64,000 nucleotides of DNA from Vicugna vicugna (taxonomy: Eukaryota), in contig MU058584.1 in NCBI GenBank assembly GCA_013265495.1, positions 1-64,000 on the forward strand, written 5' to 3'. Each line of letters opens with the position of its first letter. Position 1 is the stretch's first letter. This document shows positions 25,032 to 37,949 of the stretch, one piece after another. The notes beneath the pieces were generated by a model. That model saw only the letters and a list, made by a program, of their open reading frames with translations. It ran no database searches and had not been told where the DNA came from. Both the position numbers and the translations under genes were made by a program.

Positions 25032-26211
25032 CCAATTTATTTTTAATAAAGATGCCAAGGCAATTCAATTAGGAAAGTATAATCTTTCCAACAAATGATG
25101 CTGGAATAATTGGTAGCCATATGTAAAAATTAAACCTCAGCCCTTAGCACAATAAAGTGAACTTAAAAATCACTAAAGAAAATGAAAAGACAAGCCACAA
25201 ATTGAATAATATTTTTAACACATATAATTAACAAAGAAGTAATATCTAGAGTGTATAAAGACTCCTACAAGTCAATGAGAAGATTCCACTCATATGTGTC
25301 TTAGAGAAACTCTTATACCTACATGTGATTATAGATGCACAATTTTCAATAGCAAAAACTCAAAAATAACACTCACATCCATTGTCAGTAGAACAATTTG
25401 TTGCATAATCATATGATGGAATACTTCATAGCAGTGAAAATTAACTAACTATAGCTACACAGAATATCAGGTTGAATCTCAGGAACATACTATTGAATTT
25501 TTTTAAAAAAGCAAGTCTACTACTGCACACCTATTTAGAATGGCCCAAATCTGGAACACCTACAACACCAAATGCTGACAAAGATGTGAAGCAACAGGAG
25601 CTCTCATTCATTGCTGGTAGAATGCAAACTAGTCCAGACACTCTGGAAAACAGTTTGGTACTTTATTATAAAACTAAACATAGTCTTACCAAACAATACA
25701 ACAATCATGCCCATTGGTATTTACCCAAAGGGGTTAAAAACAGATATCCACACCAAAACCTGTACATGGATATTTATAGCAGCTTTATTGATAATTGCCA
25801 ATCCTTGGAAGTAACCAAGATGTCTTTCAGTAGGTGAGAGAATAAATAAATTTAGAGCTAAAAAGAAATTAGCTATCAATCTGTGAAAAGACATGGGGGA
25901 AACTTAAATGCATATTGCTAAGTGAAAGAAGCCAGTTGAAAAAGCTATACACTTTATGATTTCAACTATATGACATTCTGGAAAAAGCAAAACTGTGGAG
26001 ACAGTAGAAAGAACAGTGGTTGCCAGAGAGAATGGATGAATGAATAGGCAGAGCACTGAGGATGTGTAGGGCAGTGAAAATACTCTGTATGACATCCTGA
26101 TGATGGGTACCTGTCACTACACATTTGTTCAGACTCATAGAATATATAACACCAAGAAAGTACCCTAATGTAAACTACTAACTTTGGGTGATTATGATGT
26201 GTCAGTGTAGG

Positions 26212-26351
26212 GTTTTGTTTGTTTGCTTGTTTTGTGGAGAAGGAGGTAATTAGGTTTATTTATTTATTTATTTCAGTGGAGGTACTGGGGATTGAACCCA
26301 GGACCTCATGCATGTTAAGCATGCACTCTACCACTTGGCTATACTCTCCCC
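26212..26351 (-). mobile_element. Camelid Vic-1-type SINE
   Basis: Same A/B-box consensus as the other copies; TSD CAGTGTAGG at 26203-26211 and 26353-26361; inserted into an L1 3' UTR. Confidence 0.85.
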
Positions 26352-28791
26352 ACAGTGTAGGTTTATCAGCTGTAACAAATGTACCAACTCTGGTGGGGGA
26401 TGTCATTGAGGGATGCTGTGCATATGTTAGGGCGGGAGGATATGGGAACTCTCTGTACCTTTTGATAAAGATGTCTCCATTTTGCTGTGAATCTAAAACT
26501 ATTGTAAAAAATAGTCTATAAACATGAAACACACACACACACACACATCTGAACTGAGGGATGCCCATATAAAGAATAAAGAACCTTTTGTCTAAGCCCA
26601 GCATAAGGCTAATAAAAAAAATTCACAGGAGAAAAAAAGAAAGTCTCAATAAATAGAATATTACTCAATTTATTAAAAGTTCATAAGTGAAAAATTATTA
26701 CGTCTATAAAATAAAGGGAGTGATAAATACAAGATCAGAATCGTGGTTGATTATCATGAGGAAGGAAGGAAGCAGATACAATCAGAAGGGACCCAGATGG
26801 TACTTCAGGGCAAATGGTAACATTCTATTTCCTCAACTGGGTGAGGTTACAAAAGTCTGCATTGCACCATCATTCTTTATACCTTCACATCTTTTATGAA
26901 TATTTTTTATCCACTCAAAAATAAAGAAAAGAGAAGTATCAGCCCACTTGTGATAAGCCAGGAGCAGCTGGGGAAGATATCAAAGGCCTAACTGGTATTG
27001 GGATGGGATGAGGGCGAGGACTTACTCCGTCTCCCTGTGAGAGTTCTGGGGTGATCTTGATGGCGCAACTAATTCAATGAACAGAGGTCAGTCTCCACAA
27101 GTACATAGCAGGCCTAGTGTTGCTCTTTTCCCAGTGAATTACACCTGTTCTAAGTAGTTCATGGATCAGGTTTCAAGTGAGTAAGAGTTTCCAGAGGCTT
27201 AGATGAAATTTAAGTGTAAAGAATATGATTGCTTCACTTCATATCTTCAGAAGCCTTTTTGCTTTCTATATTGAGAATGGGATCCTGTGAGAGTCGATGC
27301 AGATGGTACGTACAGATGCGGGTCTCCATCCAGGTGCAATAGGACAGTAAGGGCAGTAAAGGGGAAGGGGTGGCATGAAAAGGGAAAGATTTGAGGGGTT
27401 AGTTTAGAAGCCCCTTAAAGGTCTGTCTAACACTGAGATTCTATATTTTAGAGAGTGTTAGGGACAGAGGGAGGTCCTTCTAAACACATTTCACTTTCTT
27501 AATTTTCTTTAGGGCCGGCCTCAACTTTTCTTCCTCTTCTGAGGCTGCTGGTTCTTTCACATCATATCACCTGCAAGGCTTACTGCCTCACTGCCTCTGC
27601 TCCACCCATATTAACCCCCCACTCCCACTGGATTCCCTGGGGCCACCTGCACAAGAACATTTGTCTCTCAGATAATGGAAAATTTATTTTAAATGCTTAT
27701 TTTTAGGCTGAGAAATATCCGCTCTCTCATGTCTCTGCTGCTAATATGTCTGTTCTAACCTGTGGCTTTTTGCACAGTTGAAGGGTCATGTTGGCCCTCC
27801 TCTGCCTTCATGCAGGACTGACTTCCCCCACTTCTGATGGCTCATTTCAACTCCAAGTAACCAACTGAGGGCCTGGTGGGTGTTCTAATGGGGAGGGGAG
27901 CGAATTGTGGCCCCTGTGAAAAGAGGCATGGGCTCTGCCACTGAGGAGACCTCAATCAAACAGCCACCATCTAGAGGCAGGGACAATGGTTCCCATAAGT
28001 TCCCCTGGAGCTGAAGAGAGATGTTGTGGCTTCCATATCGCCCCTATTCCTGAGTCTCCTCAGGTTTCTCAAGCTATCAAATGCCTCCTGTCTCTAATTT
28101 CTTCAGGATCAGTGGCTTGAGCTTTGGCCATGAGCCTGAGCCCTGGTCTTACTTTTGGGTCCTCTGGAAATCGACTTTCTTTTTCCCCCCCTCTGCTCTT
28201 TCCCAAGGGACTCTCTCTGCCTTTTTCTCAGATTTCCACTGAGACTGAATAGCCTTAGTCATGTAGCAGAGGCAGAGAGTTGAGACATGGGTGTAGAGAA
28301 ATTTATGTAAAAGCTTGGGTGGGCTTTGGATGGTAAGAGCCTACCAAGGAACTAATCTGATATCTAATTTGGTGTCATTACCAATTTTCTTTCCACTTCT
28401 GTCTGGCTCCAGAATACTAGAAACCTGTAAACCTTGGAACGGGACAGGGCAGGACACCTGAATTCTCATCATTGCTCTCATGGTGATTTTCTTTGTAGCC
28501 CTCAAGCAGTTTCCTGCCTCCTGTCCCCAGTTGTTTCACCAGTGAAGTGGATGATTTTTGCACTGACCATTTCCAGAGTGTGAAGGCTAGTGGGATATCA
28601 GACAATTACATGCTTTGGAAGGGCTCTGAGCTTTATAGGGGAATTCTTGAACAACTGAGAGGGTTATCACTTCATCCATAGCCCTGAGGGTACTGATGAT
28701 GCTGGGACCAACCTGGCCAATCTGAATGATGAAAGCTGATCACAAAGTTGAAAATAGGGTCCAGATGTGGGGAGATCAGACAGTTAGATTT

Positions 28792-28804
28792 ACTTCCTCT
28801 TTTC
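28792..28804 (-). promoter_or_regulatory. PU.1/IRF composite motif in FCRLA proximal promoter
   Basis: Reverse complement GAAAAGAGGAAGT is a PU.1 consensus within a GAAA-NNN-GGAA composite; E-box CAGATG at 28762-28767; immediately upstream of the FCRLA start codons. Confidence 0.45.
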
Positions 28805-28871
28805 TAATTTGAGAGGTTTCATGCTAAAGAAAATCAGTGTGTTGGAAGCTGGAGACCTAAACACAGTCACC

Positions 28872-28950
28872 ATGAAGCTGGGCTGTGTCCTCACGGCTGG
28901 GGCCTTCTGCTTCTCTCCTGCAATGCTCTGGGCAGCCCAGATGCTACTGG
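28872..28950 (+). CDS. FCRLA: FCRLA signal-peptide exon S1
   Basis: ACCATGAAGCTGGGC...; MKLGCVLTAGAFCFSPAMLWAAQMLL; donor gtaagt. Confidence 0.92.
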
Positions 28951-31900
28951 GTAAGTAAAATGTTTGAATGTGTGGAAATGGAGATATGCCTGACTTTGCG
29001 GAACGGTTCCAAAGGAAAGAAGCATGGAGTAACTTCAGCCCTCCAGAGAAGCAGTGTTCAGGTGGGATAGGTAGGACTGATATAAAGAGAGTTTGGTGTA
29101 CAGGACTGAATGACTTATTCTGAATATAAAAATGTACAGACTTTTTCCATCCTGAAAGTCTCCCTGACTGTAATGCCTTCTTTAAATACAATCTCAACAC
29201 TTTTCTTCCTTTTCTCAGATAAATCTCTTAAAGGAGTAGTCTTCACTCACTGTCTCCACTTCCTCACTTTTCACTCACTCCTCCACGCTCACAGTCTGGC
29301 TTCCACTGCGATTAGTTTTGACCAGGGTGCAATGACCATTACAATGGTGTTGCACACTTTCAAATTCTTATCATGCTGGGCTACTCTGCTGCATTGTGCA
29401 CGATGATCACTTAATCTTCCTCAGCATCTCTACTCTCCTGGCTTCCATGTACCATTTTCTCATTGTACTCCATATATTTCTCTTGGTCCCTTTGGTAGCT
29501 TCTCTTCTCTTCCCCTTAAGGACTGGTGTTTTCTACAGTTGCATCTTTGCTTCTCTACTTTTCTTTATATTCAAAATCTTCTTAGTGAGCTTATTTGTCT
29601 TTATAATTTTTACCACTGCAACTCTATAATAAAGAGTTCTAAATCATATCTCCAACCCTGATCATGCTTTTGAGATGCACAATCAAACATCAAGCTTTGC
29701 ACAAGACTTGCATGTTTCACAGGTATGTCAGTACAAGGTGACCAAAGCTGACCTCATCTGTCCTCTTGGCCCCTTCCTCTCCTAATTTCATCTTTTACTA
29801 TTTCTGATCTTGGTTAATGATATCCACCCAGACATCCAGGCCAAAAACTTGGGAGAGACAACCTAGATTCTTCCCTCTCCTTCAACCTCTACGCATGATC
29901 ACTTATCAAGTTTGGCAAAGTTTACCTTCTAAATTGGTCTTAGAGCTAGTCCCTTCCCTGAAACATAAGTAATGGTATCCTAGGACAAGCCCTCATCAAT
30001 TCTGACTTGTGCTAGTCCAATAACTTCCTAATTAATCTCCATGTCTCAGCCTTGTGTCCTTGAAATAAATTCTGCACTCTGCAGCCAGAGTGATTTATAA
30101 AATTTAAGTCTGCCAGCCTAAGCTCCTTATCATGGCACTCAAGCCCCAGCCCCTCATAACTTGACCCCTGTTTAACCTCTTCAGCCTATTCTTTTACCCT
30201 CTGAGTCTTGAAATTTATGCTCCAATAAATCCCAACCTGCTTATATTTACACATTCACACACCAGACTCTTACCTGTCTCTGAAGCTTTGCTCATACTGC
30301 TACCTTTACTTGAAATAAGCTCTCTCCATTGCCCTCTATTCCTTTCTCACTTACAAACTTCTAAGCACCCCTAAAGACTCAGCTTAGGTGTCATCTTTAC
30401 CAGGAAATCATCCTTAAGCCCTCCTCTCTGCTCTGATGGCTACCTGTGATAATTCTTTCTTATTACTTTCTTCCTCATGCTGAAACAATCTCTTCATATG
30501 CCTGTGCCATCCACTGAACTGAGAGCTATTTGTAGGCAAGGACAATGCCTTTTTGTTTTTGTTTTTTCACTTTATCTTCTTTATCTCTGAGTTCTCAGCC
30601 CCTGCACTTATGCCCGCACAATAGTTTTGTTGAATTGTTTTACTGAACTCACAGAAGCAAGACTGGGTGACTGTATTAAGATACAGCAAAGGTCCTGTGG
30701 CAAGAACTCCAGACATGGAATCAGATGCTCTGGTTTCAAGCTCCTCTTTTGTTATTTATAAGCTCTCTGTCACTTTGGAAAAGTCACTTCATATCTCTGA
30801 ATTCAGTTTTCTTATTCATAAAATGAGAATAATAATACCTACCACATTGCTGATTGAGTGAAAGTGCCTAGTAGCCCAACGACATTTTATTTCACAAAAG
30901 GAAAGGAAGCTGAGTCCAGTCGAGTGACAGTGGAGGAACTGAAAAGGGGTAGCACAGTGATGAAGGGAGCTGACAGAGGATCTAAAGAAAGCACCTGGTA
31001 ATGATATAATGAAAATTAGGAAGTAGAGAGGAAGTTACAAGATCAAAGAAGCGTATTGGGCCTTTGGGAGTAGAAGGGAACAAAAGCAAGTGGCACAGGA
31101 AAGGACAGAGTGAAAAACTGAGTATATGTGAATGGCCATGAGGCCAGAAGAAGGGGAGCGGCATTAAGAGGGACAAGAAGTAGTCATGGAGAGGGGAGAA
31201 ATTTACCTTGCCTGAGTCAACAATGGAGGTAAGCGATAGATTGAGGAGATGTGGTGAGAAATCTGTAACTCTTAGTTTCAATCCCAAAGCAAAGAAAGAA
31301 CTGTCCCATAATTACCAGTACACACTGGAAGTAGAGGGTCGGGGTAGAGAGAAGTACCATTGCCAGGGCAAAAGGGACAGAGGCCATCAAGGTAGACATA
31401 GCTGAAAAAGGATTGAGCAAGGAAGAAGTTACTAAAAGCGATGTGATAGACAACATATTCAAGGATGAAGAGCCAAGTGAATTTTGGGAGAATGAAAGTA
31501 TGGAAGAAAGTCCCCATGGAAGTTCTGAGGACTGAAGTACATCATGTCTACACAGTGAAGGGAGAAGAACACTGATTTTGTACTCAGACATACCTGATTT
31601 TCCTCCTCTGCTCCCCACTCGCTTTTTAAATTTGGGGCATATTAATTGACTTTTCTAAGCCTGTTTATTTAAGATTTGTAAAATGGGGGTGAAATCACAT
31701 ACCTTGTGAAGATTTGTCATGAGATAAGGTGTGAAAGTGCCTGGCAGTGTCTGGCACATGGTAAACAGCAAATGTTAGACTCTGATCACCTCCCTTTGCC
31801 TCCTGTCCTGTGTCTGCTGGCTCTGGGGTCCTCACTGTCTTTGGTCTCTGGTTTCCTGCACCTGCAGCTGGATGTCATGCTGGTGAGTTCACCATTCTCT

Positions 31901-34729
31901 TCCCCTCGCCCCTTCCTCAATCCACAGTTGGTTCACTGACAGCACCTGGAAGCCAGAGAATCAAGTCAAAAGTACCCTTCTGAGAGACCCATATGGATCT
32001 CTTGGAAAAAAGATTTTTGGTGTCTTCCTATTCTGCTCTAAAAAGCATGATTCCCTAAGGAGAGGGAGGAGCCCTTGTGGAGGGCAATTTCCTGTCCTCC
32101 TTCTCTAAGTCACAGCGTCATTTTCCGGTTCTTCTCGGACCATGCCCCACCTCAGCGGCCAGTTTGGAGGCACTCCAGTGTGAAGGACCTGTCAGCACCC
32201 AGGAGAGCAGCTGCCACATGGACGATGACCTGCCGGGCCCAGGGGAAGTTGACTTCCAGGTCAAGGGCTACACTTTCAGTGAACCCTTCCATCTGGTTGT
32301 ATCCTATGGTGAGGTCCCGGGAAGGACTGACCAGTGCAGGCCTGCTCTTTCTCCCATTTCCCAAAGCTCCCCTTTCAGCCCACAGCCCACAGGAAGGTAC
32401 CCCCAGGAAACTGGCTATGGAATGAGATATCTTCTTTCCCATTTTCAGCCCACAGAAGCCAGGGTGCCCCCTGTCCTGGGCCTTAGAGAAGTTGCTCCAT
32501 ACTCCCAACCAGGGGTGAGAGCTACCTGGCCCCTCAGAGAAAGTTTAGCGGGATCTGTGGTGGGCAGCTCTGGGGGAGCTCCCAAGAAGGCAGTGGGTCA
32601 CACTCAGCTCTTGCTTTTGATCACAGACTGGCTGATCCTTCAAAGTCCAATCAGGCCCATATTTGAAGGAGACCCACTGGTTCTACGCTGCCAGGCCTGG
32701 CAAGACTGGCCACTGACCCAGGTTACCTTCTACCGGGATGGCTCAGCCCTGGGTTCCCCTGGACCCAAGAAAGAATTCTCCATCGCGGTGGTACAAAAGG
32801 CAGACAGCGGGCAGTACCACTGCAGTGCTACCTTCAGTAGTCCTGGTCCTGGGAGCCCAGAAACAGCATCTCCTGTGGCTATCACAGTTCAAGGTAAGAG
32901 CTAGAGGCAGGTGGGGAGAGACAAAATGTCTTTCCCTGGAGACGGCAAGATCACTGAAGGTCTAAGGGACAGGATGCTGGCAAATGTCCAAGGTGGGCTT
33001 CAGGAGGGGCAATATCTCAGCATTGCCTTTTCAAATCATTCAGCTCCACTCCAAATTCAGCACATTTTCTACTGCTTCATCCTACAGATCTATACTTCTC
33101 AATGTTCACTGGCTGGGCGTCTGGACTATTGTCAGATTTGCTCATCTTTGGATCTTTTCTAGTCCTGTCTGCTTGAAAAGAGAGAGGACCTGAAAGGTTC
33201 AAATGGAACTTTTCTAAGAGAACTCCTTCTGTATGGAAATAGGAGAAACAAAGTGTGACTGGGGTTCTTTCTTTGTCATGGGTCCACCTGAATACAGGAT
33301 GGCTGAGCTCTTCTTTCTCACCTCTCTTCTCCAGAACTGTTTCCAGCCCCAGTTCTCAGAGCCACACCCTCAGCAGTGCCCCAAGAGGGAAGCCCAGTGA
33401 CCCTGAGCTGTCAGACAGAGCTGCCCCTGCAGAGGTCAGCCACCCGCCTCCTCTTCTCCTTCTACAAAGACAGCAGGACAGTGCGCAGCAGGGGCCCCTC
33501 CTCGGAATTCCAGATCCCCACAGCTTCAGAAGCCCACTCAGGGTCTTACTGGTGTGAAGCAGCCACTGAGGACAACCAAATTTGGAAGCAGAGCCCCAAG
33601 GTTGAGATCAGGGTTCAGGGTGAGTTAGTATGTATGTGTCTGTTTGTTGTGTGTGTAAAAAGGTGGGGAGGGATAGATAGGATGATTGGGTCAATGAGCT
33701 AGGGCTCAGTGTGAGCAGGTTAAGAAAGGACACATAGGAGGCAGGAACAATAAGCCAGAGTTCCTGGTAATGGAAGAAAGCACAAACTGGGACCATGATG
33801 CATACCCCACCCAAGCAAGACCTGAGCCAGCTCTACAGCTGCTGCCCTGTAGATCATATACTCCCTGCAGGAACTCTGGGCATTTGTAGGAATATAGTAT
33901 CTTGAGTGAGGGTAAAGTGGTCTGGAGTTTATGCTCAATTCTGGGACCCCCATTAAGAGGGCTGCACTTGACTTGAAATATACCCAGAGCAAGTGTTCAT
34001 GGAAGTGAGGGGACTTGAGTCATGTCATAAGAAAAATAATGGAAGGGATGGGAGATGCTCATCCTGAAGAGGAGGTGACTCAAGGGACCAGCAGAGATGT
34101 TCTCAAAACACTGAACACTGGCACAAGGACAAGGAATTACACTAATATCACACACAATAAGAGATTGACCTAGGACCAATTACCCCAGCATGCTGCAGGA
34201 ATTTGATGCTGCCTTGAAAGAGGAGGAATTGGCTAATATCCATAGTCCTCTAATGATGAGGCCTCATTGATGAAGCTGTTCAAGCAGAGGTAACCAATCC
34301 TCAGATTCAAATTTGAACCTGGGCCCTGCCAGCCACTTTCAGAGAATAAGAAAGACAGAGCCGGAATATGAGTGTAGGGCTAGAGTAAGACTTCACTCTT
34401 ATATGTGTTTCCTACCACACAATCCAGGTCCTTCCAGCTCTGCTGCATCCCCCACCATGAATCCAGCTCCGCAGAAAACAGCTGCTCCAGAAACTACTTC
34501 TACAGAGCCCTCTGAACCTCTGCCTCCACTGTCTACCCCTTCTTCTAAGGATAAAGGCTTCTCCTCTCCTCTACAGGTGCCAGACCCCCATCTGTATCAC
34601 CAGATGGGAGTTCTCATCAAAGAAATGCAGGATTTGAGGGTTCTTCTTGGTCACCTGGTTATGGAGATGAGGAACTTGTCTGGCCACTTGAAGCCTGAGA
34701 CCACAAAGGGTCCTGCCAAATATGAATAA
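28872..34729 (+). CDS. FCRLA: Fc receptor-like A (intracellular B-cell Ig-binding protein), multi-exon
   Basis: Exons 28872-28950, 31868-31882, 32156-32308, 32627-32893, 33335-33619, 34428-34729 total 1101 nt (366 aa). Signal peptide MKLGCVL.., short degenerate D1, two Ig domains, Pro/Ser/Thr-rich region and Leu-rich C-terminus, no TM. An in-frame upstream ATG at 28821 adds MLKKISVLEAGDLNTVT. Confidence 0.95.
29150..30650. mobile_element. L2 fragments in FCRLA intron 1
   Basis: Pyrimidine-rich L2 body ending in TTTTGTTGAATT. Confidence 0.55.
31868..31882 (+). CDS. FCRLA: FCRLA S2 mini-exon (15 nt, AGCHA)
   Basis: ctgcag|CTGGATGTCATGCTG|gtgagt with an upstream pyrimidine tract; frame-neutral. 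Confidence 0.7.
32156..32308 (+). CDS. FCRLA: FCRLA D1 exon
   Basis: AASLEALQCEGPVSTQESSCH...EVDFQVKGYTFSEPFHLVVSY; 153 nt. Confidence 0.93.
32627..32893 (+). CDS. FCRLA: FCRLA D2 Ig exon
   Basis: DWLILQSPIRPIFEGDPLVLRCQAWQDWPLTQVTFYRDG...DSGQYHCSA..ITVQ; 267 nt. Confidence 0.95.
33335..33619 (+). CDS. FCRLA: FCRLA D3 Ig exon
   Basis: ELFPAPVLRATPSAVPQEGSPVTLSCQT...HSGSYWCEAATEDNQIWKQSPKVEIRVQ; 285 nt. Confidence 0.95.
34428..34729 (+). CDS. FCRLA: FCRLA terminal exon (mucin-like plus Leu-rich)
   Basis: GPSSSAASPT...PDPHLYHQMGVLIKEMQDLRVLLGHLVMEMRNLSGHLKPETTKGPAKYE*. Confidence 0.93.
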
Positions 34730-35009
34730 ACAATTCACCTGCCATATTGTTCAGCTATTCCCAATAAATCCAAGTCTGTTTTTCCTCTTTCTGCTTTATA
34801 CTTATGCAAAAATAGTTTTACAAAATGCACAATGTTTTGTTTGTAACATAGATGGGTGAGTATAAATAAATTTGTACAGCGATAATTGGAAGTTAGGTAT
34901 GACTGTGTATTCTCTCATAATGTGACAGCATAATCCTACTTTATCTAGACCAGGAATTGCCTTCTGTTGCCCAGACCAGAATCTGGTGTTTGAAAGATAG
35001 AGTTAATGT

Positions 35010-35243
35010 AGCAATCTCAACCAAGGGCAATCCTTCCCCATCCCAGGGGATATTTGGCAGTATCTGGAGACATTTTTGGTCGTCACACTGGGGTGAGCAG
35101 GACATGTGTGCTACTGGTGTCTCGTGTGAGTAGAAGCCAAGGATGCTGCTAAACACTAAACATTCTATAATGCACAGAGCAGCCTCCCACAACAAAGGAT
35201 TATCTGGTCCAAAATGTCAATAGTGCTGAGACTGGGAAACCCC
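35010..35243. mobile_element. MER20 (hAT-Charlie) DNA transposon
   Basis: GGGGATATTTGGCAGTATCTGGAGACATTTTTGGTCGTCAC...GGATGCTGCTAAACA...CCAAAATGTCAATAGTGCTGAG matches the recalled MER20 consensus. Confidence 0.8.
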
Positions 35244-37368
35244 AGCCTAAAAGAGGTGTCAGACTCTGGGGTGGACCTTTGCCTCTTCTACTTACTCTCC
35301 CCTCCTGGCCTCATTCAGCAAATATTAACTACATGCTGGTATTTTGTTGGCCTCTGCCGCATGCCCAAGTTGATGCTATGTTAAGTTTACATATAAGACA
35401 GAATCTCTGTCTGTAGAGGGTTTACAATTTGGAATGAAGGGGCAGTAATGCTCCTGCCCATTAAACAATTAAAGCAGAGTATAAAAAATTCCCTGCAGGA
35501 TCCTACTGGACTCAGAAATATGTGATTGAGCGTAACATTGCCAGAACAGCAATGATTTAATTCGTATCTGACATATTTTTCTTTAAAAACATACATAAAT
35601 CTATTTTGGTATCATAATAATACCTTTTTCTGTGCTTGGACTACTGTTGGGCATTCCTAACCAAGGAGAGCTAGCCTGCCAGATTCTACAGCAGCCTTTG
35701 GTCAGTGAGTTAGCACACTATTTTATGACCTCAGCCAATAAGTGTTCTACCATGTTATCCTAAATCACGTGGTATGAGGTTATCCACTATAATCTTTCTT
35801 TGCGCTATTTATTCTGTGCATAGTTTTGACCCACAATGATTTACAGAAGATGTGTATATGATCGTTCCAGATATGTCACAAAGAAACAAAGGAATAGAAT
35901 CATGCTGTATGTTAAAATCTGAGCTTTATTAAGGTTCCTATCACCCTCTAAAATGCAAGCTGTATGGTGGTTCCTAACACTTTCAAGGGGGGTCAGGAGG
36001 CAATTGGGAATTGGTAAAAATCCATAAATATCACTGCAGCATGAGAGGATCAGTTAACAACTGTATGAATGGGAGTTGCAAGAAATGACCAGAGGTATCT
36101 CATTTGGTGGATTTGAAAAGTGAAAACTCAATTGCCAGTGGACTATGCTGGATGTACCTCCAAAGACACTATGTAATAACCATTCTACATGGTACCATTT
36201 TCATGAATGCATTCTGTAAGCTCATGCTAAATAAGGAATTCATGTACAGATAACAGAGATCAAAGAAGGAAGAAATAGGTGCAGCTGGCTCAGTGTCACC
36301 TCTGTACTCCTCACCCATGTGTCTGTGTGGACCTCTGTCATCACACTGCATTTTAATTTTTACTGTCTTATTTCTATTCACTAGTTGATGATCTCTTTGA
36401 ACGCTCACATTGACTCAGTGGTGTCTAGTTTAATGAGGTATATTTAAACTTTCAGTAAATTTTATTTCCTTGAATTGAATTGGGTCAGTATAATAAGGGA
36501 AGTCATCTTGAAAAAGATGAGAATTAAGCTGAACCTTAAAGAAGGAGTGGCACGTCTGGCATCAGCAAAATCTCCAGATTTTTCCCCCAGGGGATCTGGC
36601 TTAGGTCAAGGACTTGGGAGCCTCAGGGAGAAGATTTCCTATCATCAGAGATGAGGAAGGCAAGAACAGAGCTGGAATAATGAGAGAGAAAAAGAAAGAG
36701 GGCTTTTACCTGTCTCCATCTGCCTGTCTAGCCTGGAGGTTGAGGAGGGGGTAGGAAAGAAGAATTGTTATACTGGGTTGGGTTTATGGCCTGCGCAGTT
36801 TAGGATTCTGTAACCCACAGAGGTCCTAATGCATATACACTGGATGTTAGAAATAAACGTTAGATCGCAAGCACATCTATTATCTTGTAAAACTGAATAT
36901 GTGCATGTCCAATAACCCAGAATTCCAAGTCTGGATATATATACTGAGAAATTTTAGTATATGGCTACCAGAAGACAAGTATAATAGCAATAACACTATT
37001 TGTAAAATAAAAACTCTGGAGTCAATTTTGTTGTCCACCAACAGAAAAATGGGTAAGCTGTGTTAATTTTTACAGAATGGAATACTATACAGCAGTAGAA
37101 TAATGAATCATAACTACAATGCAGCAACATAAAAGACTATCAGGAATAGAACATTCAGTGAAAAAAGCAAGTCCCAGAAGATACATATAGTGCGATGCCC
37201 TTTATAAAAAGGAATGTATTGTTTAGGCATCACTCATACAAATGATAAACCTTTTTAGAAAGGCATGAAAATGGAAACACCAAGATCAGGATAGTAGCTA
37301 CTTCTGAGGGGTTAGTGGAGAAGACCATAGAGGAGGAGCACATAGGTAGACATAAGTTATTAATTTCA

Positions 37369-37500
37369 GAGAAGAGGGTATAGCTCAGTGGTAGAGTACC
37401 TGCCTAGTAAGCACAAGGTCCTGGGGTCAATCCCCAGTACTTCCATTAAAAAAGATAAATAAATTAAAGAACCTAGTTAACCTCCCCCACTAGAAATTTT
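37369..37500 (+). mobile_element. Camelid Vic-1-type SINE
   Basis: GAGGGTATAGCTCAGTGGTAGAG...GGTCCTGGGGTCAATCCCCAGTAC plus A-rich tail; degenerate TSD TTA(T/C)TAATTTCA. Confidence 0.85.
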
Positions 37501-37949
37501 TTTTAAATTACTAATTTCAAAAACCTTCTCAGAGTAGGAATTTAGGCCTCCTTTAAATATATATATTTCTTTAAATCATCTTCAAATTCCTTTATGTTTT
37601 CTGCCTTTAACTTTTCTTAGAGATAATAAGAAACCAAATTTATTACCTACAATGTTAAATAGTTCTTTCCTTTACTGATGCCCAAGTAACAATACCAACC
37701 TACTAAAGACTGTCCCCATTATACTCTTAGTATTGCTGGCTTTGGAGAACCGTTGTTTGTTGACCTTAAAGTCATGATTGCATATGTTTTACACATTTTC
37801 CCAAGCTTTAATCAGGCCAGACAAGACAGCTAATTTTTTCCTGAATTAGTACTGAAGCACCTTCACATTAATTTGATATTTATGTGCAAAGTACTGTGCA
37901 AGGTGCTATCAGAAAAAAAGATAGATTTAACATGATCCCTTTTCTCAAC

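Larger units (their letters stand above)
23270..26520 (+). mobile_element. Old L1 (ORF2 remnants and L1MC-like 3' UTR), interrupted by younger insertions
   Basis: A-rich decayed ORF2 motifs (GATGCAGAAAAAGCATTTGACAAA, ACAAGGTCAATATACAAAA) and an L1M-type 3' UTR. Confidence 0.85.

Noticed and set aside
32077..32904. 275-aa ORF running through the FCRLA D1-D2 intron
   Set aside because: The 318-nt intron is open in frame but has canonical splice sites; no evidence of retention from sequence alone
37372..37445. tRNA genes at SINE heads (also 41039, 16665, 26277, 57165)
   Set aside because: They have A/B boxes but also shared SINE tails, TSDs and divergence; these are SINEs
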